Positions 58,801 to 64,000 of a DNA stretch of 64,000 nt are shown here, piece after piece. The stretch spans positions 24,662,795-24,726,794 of the forward strand of contig NC_092670.1 in NCBI RefSeq assembly GCF_964355755.1. Reading direction: 5' to 3'. Under the pieces are notes generated by a model. It was not told where the DNA came from and searched no databases. It saw only the letters and a program-made list of their open reading frames with translations. The position numbers and the translations under genes were made by a program. Position 1 is the stretch's first letter; each line of letters starts with the position of its first letter. Source of the stretch: Antedon mediterranea. Taxonomy: Eukaryota; Animalia; Echinodermata.

Positions 58801-59534
58801 CTCAAACGACAGACTCCAAAGGAAAAGGTTCACTTGATAAGAACGATTCTAAGTTTGGAAGTCGCAAGATAAGCAGGGCTAACATTGGAATATTGAGGGT
58901 ATACCCAGCCTACGATACAGGCCTTGCACCTGGTACCAGTGTTAAGGTACTGTATGTTCTTAATTACTGTATTATAAAGGGCATTGTAGGTTCAGCCTGT
59001 GTCATTGTGGAGAAATGAGCAGCATTATGGCAACTCAATAGGAAAGAACCGTTATGAGAAATGAAATGTTGTTGTATGTTAGACTTACAGTCCAGTGTAT
59101 ATGAATCTATTGTGAAGTGCTCTGATCAGCCTAGTCTGAACGTATCTAGTACATTTAACATTAAACACAAACAACTATTTTTAGTTAGACTACTCTTAAT
59201 ATTTGTAGACTTGTTTTAAAGATAATTGTTACATAAACATTTTTTTGTTTTTGTACAGCTTCAAGTGACGACACGCACTTCATCACGTGAAATAATCAAC
59301 TTAGTAATAGAGCAGCTGAATAAAGCAATACAAGTACGCGGATTAGAAGCGCATATTTATCCCGACGAAGAGTGGCAAAATTTTGGACTAGTAGCTGCCA
59401 TCAGCGGGAAAGAACATTGGTTGCCTGATGACTTTAATCCGCTTGTGCTGCAAAACCCATGGACTAAGGGAAAGCTATATATAAAACATAAGGACAAGAA
59501 TAAAATGAAAATTAAGTCAAATAGTATGGTATGA
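3919..59534 (+). CDS. ANKFN1: Ankyrin repeat and fibronectin type III domain-containing protein 1 (wide awake/Banderuola orthologue); span of longest spliced model, 21 exons, about 1438 aa
   Basis: Exons joined by canonical GT-AG sites with matching phases: 3919-3941, 5867-6949, 25465-25619, 45655-45773, 49996-50144, 50792-51018, 52165-52347, 52714-52835, 53174-53252, 53417-53530, 53766-53954, 54224-54337, 54680-54915, 55815-56027, 56462-56581, 56961-57167, 57346-57495, 57768-57885, 58033-58199, 58674-58946, 59259-59534 (4317 nt). ANK, FN3, conserved ANKFN1 middle region and RA-like C-terminus. Core (49996 onward) is firm; the N-terminal exons are inferred from splice/phase logic. Confidence 0.85.
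5189..5341. repeat. 46-bp tandem repeat, about 3.3 copies
   Basis: Unit aagcattgtttatatacagtactaagttacagtacattatttaaat at 5189, 5235, 5281. Confidence 0.9.
5867..6949 (+). CDS. ANKFN1: ANKFN1 large N-terminal exon (about 360 aa, S/T/N/Q-rich, probably disordered)
   Basis: 1.1-kb ORF in AT-rich DNA bounded by ttttcAG (5866) and ga|GTAAGT (6950); phase 2 matches exon 25465. Coding status is strong; assignment to ANKFN1 is inferred. Confidence 0.75.
9537..10212. repeat. Minisatellite, 21-bp unit actgttggaaactggttagat, decaying into a higher-order duplication
   Basis: Many tandem copies 9537-9830; the block at about 9890-10050 recurs at about 10060-10212. Confidence 0.9.
12295..12432. mobile_element. 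Small degraded MITE (hAT-like termini)
   Basis: Imperfect terminal inverted repeats aggccgtagcaag ... ctggctacggccct; no clear TSD. Confidence 0.5.
12475..13597. mobile_element. Non-autonomous DNA transposon, Kolobok-type
   Basis: 25-bp TIRs aatggacctgaaatgga(t/c)tttcgat with 1 mismatch; TTAA TSD at 12471-12474 and 13598-13601; RR..YY termini; no transposase. Confidence 0.85.
14100..14398. mobile_element. Degraded inverted copy of the Kolobok-type MITE at 61040-61363
   Basis: Ends gggggacattacatctttaa; the interior tttggttgaatttaacc matches the reverse complement of about 61150-61205. Confidence 0.55.
16142..19185 (-). mobile_element. Non-autonomous Helitron
   Basis: Minus strand starts A|TCTATATATAA (19185) and ends with a 13-bp GC-rich hairpin and CTAG|T (16142); inserted between A and T, no TSD; internal duplication of about 262 bp. 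Confidence 0.8.
16783..18274 (+). mobile_element. Helentron-associated/DINE-1-like element (HINE) nested in the Helitron
   Basis: 5' subTIR taggttatatgcat (16783-16796) with adjacent inverted copy (16800-16812); (TTTA)n tract 16831-16868; 3' subTIR atgcatataaccta (18230-18243); hairpin aattcgtca-tag-tgacgaatt (18245-18265); inserted in a T-run; empty site visible at about 18525-18545. Confidence 0.8.
19190..19462 (+). mobile_element. SINE or LINE 3' end (L2-like stem-loop tail plus (TAT)n)
   Basis: gcgccttgagcactcttgagtggtatgtgcgctataaaaatcc followed by (tta)n; the same tail recurs at 54418-54482. Confidence 0.6.
21777..21935 (+). mobile_element. Penelope-type terminal repeat fragment with 5'-truncated minimal hammerhead motif
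   Basis: atgatga-agggctagtgtttccc-GAAA-GCTC at 21778-21808, then ...cattgagatccagccactgatacccacagcattg shared with the copy at 23116. Confidence 0.65.
22027..22148. mobile_element. Degraded copy of the Harbinger/Tourist-like MITE at 40900
   Basis: Begins agctctgtctacactatca, ends tttgatagtgtag. Confidence 0.65.
22985..23110 (+). mobile_element. tRNA-derived SINE fragment
   Basis: B-box GTTCGAATC (22987-22995) followed by tttctcat...ttttcaaattaa; a similar sequence lies at about 1450-1505. Confidence 0.45.
23116..23155 (+). ncRNA. Minimal type I hammerhead ribozyme motif (Penelope-derived), one core deviation
   Basis: Stem I gca/tgc; core CTGATGG(A) at 23121; stem II ggct-agtgt-ggcc; GAAA then palindromic AGCT and UC cleavage site at 23150. 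Part of a repeat extending to about 23262. Confidence 0.6.
24030..24066. repeat. (GATA/GACA)n microsatellite
   Basis: Read directly from the sequence. Confidence 0.9.
24145..24708. repeat. 280-bp direct tandem duplication
   Basis: 24145-24424 repeated at 24425-24704 with one visible mismatch; TCTT microhomology at the junctions. Confidence 0.95.
25465..25619 (+). CDS. ANKFN1: ANKFN1 N-terminal exon (STNLNAVNMVRSKTTPSL...SIARN)
   Basis: cttttAG acceptor phase 2, g|GTATGT donor phase 1; open frame; in-frame aacATGg at 25490. Confidence 0.7.
25811..27131. mobile_element. Non-autonomous hAT-like transposon with 5-bp TSD
   Basis: Perfect 14-bp TIR cagggctcgaaatt; CAATG duplicated at 25806-25810 and 27132-27136; subterminal gctag/ctagc repeats. 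Confidence 0.85.
27547..27755. repeat. 43-bp tandem repeat, about 4.9 copies
   Basis: Unit atcgcacacctcaagggctgtttaggagtgtgttaggtgagtg at 27547, 27590, 27633, 27676, 27719. Confidence 0.95.
27930..28155 (-). mobile_element. Highly decayed Penelope-like GIY-YIG C-terminal fragment
   Basis: Across frameshifts the minus strand reads KVTE*IWIRK...EGGHDLPYIYGDII, paralleling ESIWIRK...DEGGYKL of the element at 300-879. Confidence 0.55.
29688..29770 (+). mobile_element. 5' end fragment of a Helentron/HINE-like repeat
   Basis: taacctcagccaaggaggt stem-loop followed by (GTTT)n and ttagcaggattactcaaaaa, the usual HINE 5' layout. Confidence 0.5.
33983..34061 (+). CDS. ANKFN1: ANKFN1 candidate alternative first coding exon B (MIRSERSVHRRRTSISNMLLYQTKLL-G)
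   Basis: aagATGa start, open frame, g|GTACGT donor in phase 1 compatible with the acceptor at 45655. Confidence 0.45.
34182..34254. mobile_element. 73-bp mini-MITE with 5-bp TSD
   Basis: Perfect 15-bp TIR ctggggcggatccag; AGTTA at 34177-34181 and 34255-34259. Confidence 0.85.
34644..41779 (-). CDS. Candidate nested antisense 3-exon micro-gene, 84 aa, unknown function
   Basis: Exons 41779-41755, 40077-39915, 34710-34644; donors GTAAGC and GTAAGT; acceptors aatatAG and ttttttatttacAG; phases 1 and 2 match and the frame is open to TAG. No recognised homology. Confidence 0.35.
34936..35028 (+). repeat. 5' LTR (93 bp)
   Basis: tgtaatgt...acattaca 8-bp terminal inverted repeat; AATAAA at 34993-34998; identical to 39536-39628. 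Confidence 0.97.
35032..35044 (+). promoter_or_regulatory. Primer-binding site complementary to the tRNA-Ser(GCT) 3' end
   Basis: TGGCGACGAGGAT starts 3 nt after the 5' LTR; complementary to ...AUCCUCGUCGCCA. Confidence 0.85.
35136..39137 (+). CDS. Gag-Pol polyprotein (1333 aa): Gag with two Zn knuckles, aspartic protease, RT, RNase H, integrase
   Basis: CRKC..H..C and CNSCGKQDHYARVC knuckles; ALVDTGAS; RLCVDMR, LDLSSGYHQ and NISDDIII; VDAS and YSQTEREML; HVGH..CLAC, AVDF, SDNGPPF, GEVERFNR. PR-RT-RH-IN order; no env. Confidence 0.97.
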   Translation: MATANSNMPSLPAFDVHADLASRATRWTKWLKRFERAMVGFGITNDARKRALLLFYGGLELQDEFDTLPDQDTGGDGGTYTQAKEALTTHLTPKGNIDYETIIFRRMNQEPSEKIDQYCSRLRLQAVKCNFNDITREIKTQIISGCKDSRFRRRILEKERTLTQILDLARSVELSEKRATEVEGNSSQSAVNATTESVNAMKFTNRSRSKKYNGTKNQSQYNKSTYKQKSKPAGKSSTCRKCGLAYPHEAECPAKGKICNSCGKQDHYARVCFTKGKQQVSRVEEQVCSSGATGDTDYATDPEYAFVLPGPSKKLPTCDMIVHCNNKVQMRALVDTGASVNVMDSVSFDKIVPKPTIDKHKTEIFAYGKANPLKVVGIVKLKISIESTQKCIETEFYIVHGNTGNLLSWKTSQELELVKLACGIGKSEDSVPQCINDYSELFRGIGKIKDVEIKLHIDTTVPTKEQKHRRIPFHVRADVDRELKRLLELDIIEKIEGPTPWVSPIVVVPKKNGVRLCVDMREANQAIKREKHPIPTLDEIVSDLNGASVFSTLDLSSGYHQFSLHPESRYITTFSTHVGLFRYKRLMFGVNSAPELFAAAVRNLLSGLNGCRNISDDIIIFGRTKQEHDINLKAVLERLKQCGATLNKEKCCFAQPKVKFYGHTFSSDGLAADTQKIESLKNAPRPQSASEVKSLLGMAQYLSRFIYNYASITTPLRELTHQNSQWKWTGVEEQSFKDLKKALISSDVITYFDINKRTNILVDASPVGLSAIMCQDGKVIGYGSRALSDVETRYSQTEREMLAVVYGAEHFHLYVYGAKFKITTDHKPLLGIFKSQKQMSARIERWRLRLMPYDCEVIYRPGIDNPADYLSRHPTSTDTQTEVSQDVNMIGSYVNYVVQNSVPKAMTKQEIEIESDRDETFKKLRKAVESGKDKDWKHPLLEPFKNVKDEIAVVDKIILRRHQIVLPETLRGKAVESAHVGHQGIVKTKALIREKVWFPGIDKMVERQVRKCLACQATVSTNAEKPEPLKMTELPTLPWTEVAVDFKGPMPNGKYLLVVYDMYSRFPEVEIVQSTSAKATIPKLDAICARHGIPNIVLSDNGPPFNSHEFEQFATYQGFKHRRTTPLWPRANGEVERFNRTLTKVLQTASVEGRNPHQALYEFLRQYRATPHSTTGKSPAELLYGRKIKICFPSLTKVDEKNDVEVANKDKEQKKKMKDSGDMYLHTKESDLKVGDKVLVKQQKKNMLTTPFDPDPYIVSWRKGNAIIADRNGIKIRRNISHFKKINIFNDYESDVDDDVVERPQDVNDQQEPRRPQRNRRMPARYNDFVLDQ
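39521..39535 (+). promoter_or_regulatory. Polypurine tract
   Basis: aaagtaaggagggaa immediately before the 3' LTR. Confidence 0.85.
39536..39628 (+). repeat. 3' LTR (93 bp)
   Basis: Identical to the 5' LTR; followed by the GATAG TSD. Confidence 0.97.
40900..41043. mobile_element. Harbinger/Tourist-like MITE
   Basis: 20-bp TIR agctctgtctacactatcaa; flanks CAA/TAA (imperfect 3-bp TSD); second copy at 22027. Confidence 0.75.
42891..42978 (+). CDS. ANKFN1: ANKFN1 candidate alternative first coding exon C (MKERVQERWLVALKKVIRRNRVICKQHFL-G)
   Basis: gacATGa after an in-frame TGA (42882); ag|GTAAGA donor in phase 1 matching 45655; RRNRVICKQHF resembles, from memory, the vertebrate ANKFN1 N-terminus. 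Confidence 0.65.
45655..45773 (+). CDS. ANKFN1: ANKFN1 exon (AAWRLEDEESG...YPNTTAT), common acceptor for the alternative N-termini
   Basis: ctttgcAG / acg|GTAAGT; open; phase 1 to 0. Confidence 0.8.
47809..49290. mobile_element. Non-autonomous PIF/Harbinger transposon (1482 bp)
   Basis: Perfect 26-bp TIR aggctggtttcctgtcgacgtaagaa; TTA TSD at 47806-47808 and 49291-49293; subterminal repeats tttacaggaaaccg and tcaactttcg. Confidence 0.9.
49996..50144 (+). CDS. ANKFN1: ANKFN1 exon (SSDGDKK...SFTKLARRLSQK...STVD)
   Basis: ttcttttAG / gg|GTAAGT; open; phase 0 to 2. Confidence 0.85.
50590..50733. repeat. Irregular minisatellite of palindromic (A)TCATGA(TC) units
   Basis: About 10 tcatga/catgatc units separated by short AT-rich linkers. 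Confidence 0.8.
50792..51018 (+). CDS. ANKFN1: ANKFN1 exon (PELRKAHSLESL...RLQRTLSGKKRGS...ANFSDIT)
   Basis: ttttcAG / g|GTGAGA; phase 2 to 1. Confidence 0.9.
52165..52347 (+). CDS. ANKFN1: ANKFN1 ankyrin-repeat exon
   Basis: ALFDAVHNQEID...DINAVNVDDFTPLDIAIMVHNLAMAKLLLTFGAREN; canonical splice sites. Confidence 0.95.
52714..52835 (+). CDS. ANKFN1: ANKFN1 exon (YLHKDARASKLNTLINEA...VNK)
   Basis: ttttAG / aag|GTGAGT; phase 1 to 0. Confidence 0.9.
53174..53252 (+). CDS. ANKFN1: ANKFN1 exon (ETDKRLRDWEWKHRLFRKMKATFEHA)
   Basis: ttttcAG / a|GTAAGT; conserved WEW motif. Confidence 0.92.
53417..53530 (+). CDS. ANKFN1: ANKFN1 FN3 exon 1
   Basis: PPEPPQNVTICVTSSSSILVEFDEP...VITRYK; canonical sites. 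Confidence 0.92.
53766..53954 (+). CDS. ANKFN1: ANKFN1 FN3 exon 2
   Basis: IEWS...YKIQGLIAGKCYYVRVSAFNMKGFG...PS; canonical sites. Confidence 0.95.
54224..54337 (+). CDS. ANKFN1: ANKFN1 exon (CWRDRDGRKSR...IELK)
   Basis: ttaccAG / a|GTATGT; phase 1 to 1. Confidence 0.9.
54418..54482 (+). mobile_element. Short SINE/LINE 3' tail copy
   Basis: Near-identical to 19398-19462. Confidence 0.6.
54680..54915 (+). CDS. ANKFN1: ANKFN1 exon (…APKFHKQLKRAVY…EDQLPIIEVDD…DFLWFMK)
   Basis: tttttcAG / aag|GTATAT; conserved family motifs. Confidence 0.93.
55815..56027 (+). CDS. ANKFN1: ANKFN1 exon (VACTWEDV…LGIQDLGQVYYEPIRD…IK)
   Basis: acAG / aag|GTATGT; phase 0 to 0. Confidence 0.93.
56462..56581 (+). 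CDS. ANKFN1: ANKFN1 exon (DSKSVQSTSLKW…SSIP)
   Basis: ttttgtAG / cca|GTAAGT; 120 nt open. Confidence 0.88.
56797..56910. repeat. 21-bp intronic tandem repeat, about 5.5 copies
   Basis: Unit gaggtcagatggcccgaggta. Confidence 0.92.
56961..57167 (+). CDS. ANKFN1: ANKFN1 exon (…GLYLGYMKLRSSVD…IRDNSNVSQDEWDWL…)
   Basis: tttttgtAG / aag|GTAAAT; conserved family motifs. Confidence 0.93.
57346..57495 (+). CDS. ANKFN1: ANKFN1 exon (VTKP…HRLCDLEVIDLNDE)
   Basis: tttacAG / gag|GTAATT; 150 nt open. Confidence 0.9.
57768..57885 (+). CDS. ANKFN1: ANKFN1 exon (VSFIIMVPPVSDVCTGPG…LPVQVFEM)
   Basis: ttgcAG / g|GTAAGT. Confidence 0.93.
58033..58199 (+). CDS. ANKFN1: ANKFN1 exon (VHTTTYHNDFIRCYSRLSSILEME…FQQ)
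   Basis: ttttgcAG / cag|GTAAAT. Confidence 0.92.
58674..58946 (+). CDS. ANKFN1: ANKFN1 exon (TLESAWKGTRWIMDVIQYARDK…ILRVYPAYDTGLAPGTSVK)
   Basis: tattAG / aag|GTACTG; start of the RA-like domain. Confidence 0.93.
59259..59534 (+). CDS. ANKFN1: ANKFN1 terminal coding exon (Ras-association-like domain)
   Basis: LQVTTRTSSREIINLVI…LPDDFNPLVLQNPWTKGKLYI; TGA at 59532-59534. Confidence 0.93.
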   Translation, partial: LQVTTRTSSREIINLVIEQLNKAIQVRGLEAHIYPDEEWQNFGLVAAISGKEHWLPDDFNPLVLQNPWTKGKLYIKHKDKNKMKIKSNSMV

Positions 59535-59834
59535 TATTGGAAACGTGTTGCAAAACTGAGATTCTAAATAGACAAGTAAATATAGACAATTATGAATAAT
59601 GCCCTTTGTGATAAGTATGTGATATTGCGCAAGAACAAAGACATGATTTTCAAGAATTACAATGTAGAGGGTGCTCTTCATAATGCTAGTACCGTCAGAC
59701 AATGCAGGAAGAACCATTGTATCAAAGTAGTACCAAGACAAACAATGCAGGAAGAACCATTGTATCAAAGTCAAGCAAAGTTACATAAAAATGCGGAATT
59801 TTTTTTTTTCAGTTGCATTCCCGCAGATCCTTTG

Positions 59835-59997
59835 TGACACCCCTATTGAGGATGCACCCCTATTTAGGACACGCCCCTATTAAGGAGACACCTTCCTGTG
59901 CAACAAATGGGGCTATATGTTTTAACACTAAAGCCAACCCCTATTAGGGTGAACTTTGTTGGGTCACTGAAGGTGTCCCCTTAATAGAGGTTCTACT
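59835..59997. mobile_element. Copy of an abundant degenerate MITE-like dispersed repeat (ggggacac...gtgtcccc family)
   Basis: ctattaaggggacac / gtgtccccttaatagaggttctact motifs; related copies near 4245-4375, 20460-20530, 21470-21625, 31400-31595, 43140-43240, 46810-46975 and 58300-58450. Confidence 0.6.
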
Positions 59998-60858
59998 TAA
60001 AAAAAACAAACAGAAGCCAAGTTTTATTGTAGTATCCTTCAAATACCTTATTATGTTCTGAAATTATTTTAAATGCCTTTTAAGTATCAATAAACCTAAA
60101 AGTATTTATTAATAACATAGGAATAATGTTTAAGTTGTAAAATATCAGTGAAATAGCTTTTCTTTTCATTTAGCTTTGTTCAATTCTATGGGCTTCCCAT
60201 GCAATGTATAATATGTATGTAAACTGTAATATTTTGTGCTACTTTAGATAAATCTATAAAACGTGAGAAGAGGCTGTTAGCTTTTTTATCCTACACTCAG
60301 TATAGATATAATATTGTTATCCAGTACAGACTCTGTATGTATGTATGTATAGCTTTGTCAATTTTTACACTTATTTATAAATGTAGATATTTATATATAT
60401 GAAATATTTAATGTTAGAGAACAGACTGAACTAAAGGAAAAAAAATCGGAAGTGCAATATAGTGTTTTTTTCTAAAATTTTGTTTTATTTCTTCTACTTT
60501 TTTTAGGTAATGAGTATTATCAAAAGAACATCCCTTTTTTCACCTGAACATTTTTAATTTCACTAACCAATGGCTAAACAAAATTTAGATTCTGAACCAA
60601 CAAATGCATAGTAATCCTGCATGTCAAATCACCTATTCACACAAAAATATTTAAATAATAAATATACATATTTAATTATATTATTAATCAAAAATTGTTT
60701 TATTCATTTGTAATTTATTTCAATCTTAAAATTACAAATAAAATTCTTCAGAAATAAACAATTCAATATACATATTTTATAGTTTAAAAAAATGATTTTT
60801 GATTAGTTTTTTTAAATATCTATTATGCAATCCCAGTTTTTTTCAAAAGTGTGGTATT

Positions 60859-60864
60859 ATATAC

Positions 60865-60922
<58 letters not shown>
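60859..60922. repeat. (AT)n microsatellite
   Basis: Read directly from the sequence. Confidence 0.95.
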
Positions 60923-60926
<4 letters not shown>

Positions 60927-61039
60927 GTTAATAAAGAGTAATGATGTACAAGTAATGTTATCTTCATCTTAAAGATAAATAACGAGTAGAAACCATGTGA
61001 TGTGATTGTGAAAGCCTGATATTTTTAAATTACGTTTAA

Positions 61040-61363
61040 AGATGTATTGTCCCCCAAAAATATGAAAAATGAAGATTAATTAAATCAAACTTTGAATATG
61101 TTATTATGTAGTTAATCATTTCCGTAGAAAAAAAAAAGAAAAAAAAATATGTTTCCCCTTATAAAATGACAAAATAAATGGTTAAATTCAACCAAAAATC
61201 CATTGGCTGGCAGCCAATTTGACTAAATTACAATTTTTTCAGGTAAATAATTTTGTTTTATCTAATTTTTGGTCAAAGTGGATAATTAGTATGTGAAATT
61301 AAAATGCCATATTCAAAACAAAAAAATTTAAATAATTATTTTGTTCAGGGGGACAATACATCT
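61040..61363. mobile_element. Kolobok-type MITE (324 bp)
   Basis: Perfect 16-bp TIR agatgtattgtccccc; TTAA at 61036-61039 and 61364-61367. Confidence 0.88.
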
Positions 61364-63253
61364 TTAAACATCTTTATCAGGGATGATTTTTGTTCTTATC
61401 CACTCACAATTGTTTTATTTCTGTATTTAGGATTTAGTTTCTCTCGATTGGGAATTCAAGAATTGTCACTTAACAGTCAGTTAGAAATATAAAGAAGGTT
61501 ATTAAATTATATTTGGTTATTTAATATTTTTTATTCAATATCTGCATTCAAATTATAACAAATAAATGGTCTATAATAGATAGATAAATGCAACTTTAAA
61601 TTTGTGATTTTGTACATTCCGTCAATAGGGATATATTGACCAATGAAATGATTTGTTGCAAACAACTAATCGGAGTGTGGGGGTATATTGACCAATAATA
61701 TTCTGTGGTTTATACAGTACAACCAATCAGAGGGGTATATTGACCAATGAAATGATGTTTTGCATACAACCAATCACAATGCCAATTATCATTACTTTTT
61801 ACAACAAGCATTTAATATTAAACATACAGTAATTATTCATTTTTATATTTTATAATTTATCTGGGGTTTCTTATACCATTGTTGAAAATTAAAAACTGTA
61901 AATGAAATAAAACAATGGATTTCTGTGAATTTGCCTTGTACTTTTTACTGAAATATTGTGTTGATATAAAAAGTGTCAATAGAAAAAAATAATTATTCTA
62001 AATAACGCCACTTGTACACTATCCATCAATGTTAGTAAAAGTGATATAAATTGTATAACAAACAATACGATCCAGTAGGCTATGATATTTATGTTGTAAT
62101 AAATTAAATGTTTATTTAAGGAGTATTTATTTTTTTGAGTTAGATTACCTTGAGTTTAAAGCAGAAGATGCCTATGCAATTAGATAATGCCATATAAATA
62201 TGTAATGTCACCAACTTTAGTTTCAATAGCCTATTAATGTAATGTCGGGTAATTTACTGTAGTGTTACTTTGTAGAGTGGATATTATTGTGTGATTTTGG
62301 TCCTCTCTTACCCAATGGTAAGTACCTGTTAATCACCCAACGGTAGGTGGCGATAGCCAAGTCAGTAAAACCAGTACCTAATTCTAATGTAATTTAACAC
62401 TTTATATAATGTTGATGAACCTCTAGGATTTCAACAATACTTGTTTACTATTATGTAATGTTATAGTTTTAGAAGGTGATTCGGCTTAATATTCGTTTAA
62501 AGTAAATGGCATGTCATAACAATATTTAAGCTGGAAAAATCCAAACTTGCCCTAAAAAGAAAGAATAACTAGAGAGACTGGCAAGTCTAATGATGTGCTT
62601 CAGCTGTGACGTCAGTTTGAGAAGAAGCTGGAAGATCGTGTGCTAATGTTAGACTTACATTCTTCGTGTTCCTTTTCGTGTGTTCCCCCTTTCATCTTTT
62701 GTCGTCATGTATTAATTATAGAATTCTTTACTAATGCTGAAGAATATACAGTATACCATTCAGTAGAGTATTTCAAATGCATTGTGGATATTACAAAAAT
62801 GTATTTCATAATAGAAATATAGAATAAATGAACATTATTACGATTACATTTTCGAAGTTTTTTTTTTGTTTGGGGTGTGGGGCGGTCGTGCCTGATGGAA
62901 CATACTAATCAAATAAGTGAAGAAATTAAATTAAGTAAACATGATGTAAAACATACTATTACTGCAGTAAATGAGTAAACCATATAATATAAATTCATTA
63001 ACCTGAATTTAGAAAATAAATATTGTCATACAGTAACTGTGAATCCTATTGGATGTGTTGGAAATATGAAGTAAATAAAATATAGAAAACACAATATAAT
63101 TGTGTTAATGTTATAATATTTGGCGCGCAATAAGAATATTCACAACTACAAACTTGTAATACAATTGAGGTTTAATTGGTCAGTTGTTATTCCCTGACGC
63201 AATGTATACTGTGTACTCAGTCCCCTACACTTGTTCTCAAGCCTTTGTTCTCA

Positions 63254-64000
63254 AGCCTGTTTTCCTGTCGACGTAACGTTATGGCGAGTTTCGTTGAACT
63301 TTCAACAATGTACTCGTGAGTAGGCAATACAGTACGTCAGAGTAGAGAAAAACTTCTGACCAATTAACTTCGCTCTTGCGTTGCACGCATACGTCGTTTT
63401 GCGGATGTTTCCTGCAGTACGATTGTGACGTACGTTTTCGCGGTCACGCTACCGTTGTGACTGTTGACACGCTGACATACTGACCTGAGTATTAAAATAC
63501 AAAAACAACATTTTGTCAATTTTACATATTAGTTATGGTTCGATACGTCGTTATAGGTTTGCTACTGAACTCTGCGGTATTAGTATTAGGCCTACTTGCC
63601 TTTTACCAATCTGTAGGTTTTATATCTGTTTTATAAAGGAAAATGTGTATAGCCTTCGTAATCCTACTGTTTGTGCTGTATACATGGGCGTGACGACACA
63701 AATGCACATACCGTAACCCACGAAAACAAGGTGATGATATGAAAAACGCACGAGAAAGAAACTGAGTTTATTCCACTCCAAACTGCGTCACGTCAATTCC
63801 TGTGTTTTAAGAAATTCTCGGCAGAAAAGGGGAAATAAACTACATAAAATGAATAGGAACAGTCACGATAAATATGAAATTTTAGGCCTTACCAAAACTG
63901 ACCCATATTTGATAAAAGGATATTCTCGGGAGTTGTAATTCCCCTGGGCTAACCATGGAAGTATTGTATACAATATATCTATAGGAGGCCTATTAACTTT
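63254..64000. mobile_element. Left end of a Harbinger-like element related to 47809, probably running out of the window
   Basis: agcctgttttcctgtcgacgtaa resembles the TIR aggctggtttcctgtcgacgtaa; CpG-rich subterminal region; no partner TIR in the window. Confidence 0.5.

Noticed and set aside
59699-59770. 30-bp direct repeat in the 3' UTR (acaatgcaggaagaaccattgtatcaaagt x2)
   Set aside because: Simple local duplication with no evidence of function.

Overview
AT-rich, intron-rich eukaryotic (animal, probably marine invertebrate) DNA. The window is dominated by one + strand multi-exon gene, an ANKFN1/wide-awake orthologue (ankyrin repeats, FN3, C-terminal Ras-association-like domain). I traced its exons by hand through GT-AG junctions with consistent phase from 3919 to the stop at 59534 (21 exons, about 1438 aa). 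It has three candidate first coding exons; the most upstream one (MGNKSTKR) carries an N-myristoylation motif. The introns hold: an intact, very young Mag-type Ty3/Gypsy retrotransposon (identical 93-bp LTRs, 5-bp TSD, tRNA-Ser PBS, single 1333-aa gag-pol ORF); Penelope-like fragments; two sense-strand minimal hammerhead-ribozyme motifs; a non-autonomous Helitron with a Helentron/DINE-1-like element nested in it; Kolobok-, Harbinger- and hAT-like MITEs; SINE/LINE tails and minisatellites. The most novel-looking signal is a candidate 3-exon antisense micro-gene (84 aa, 41779 to 34644, - strand) nested in the ANKFN1 intron, spanning the Gypsy element and lying head-to-head with an internal ANKFN1 first exon. 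It is an inference that needs RNA data. All homology calls are from remembered motifs; no database search was run.
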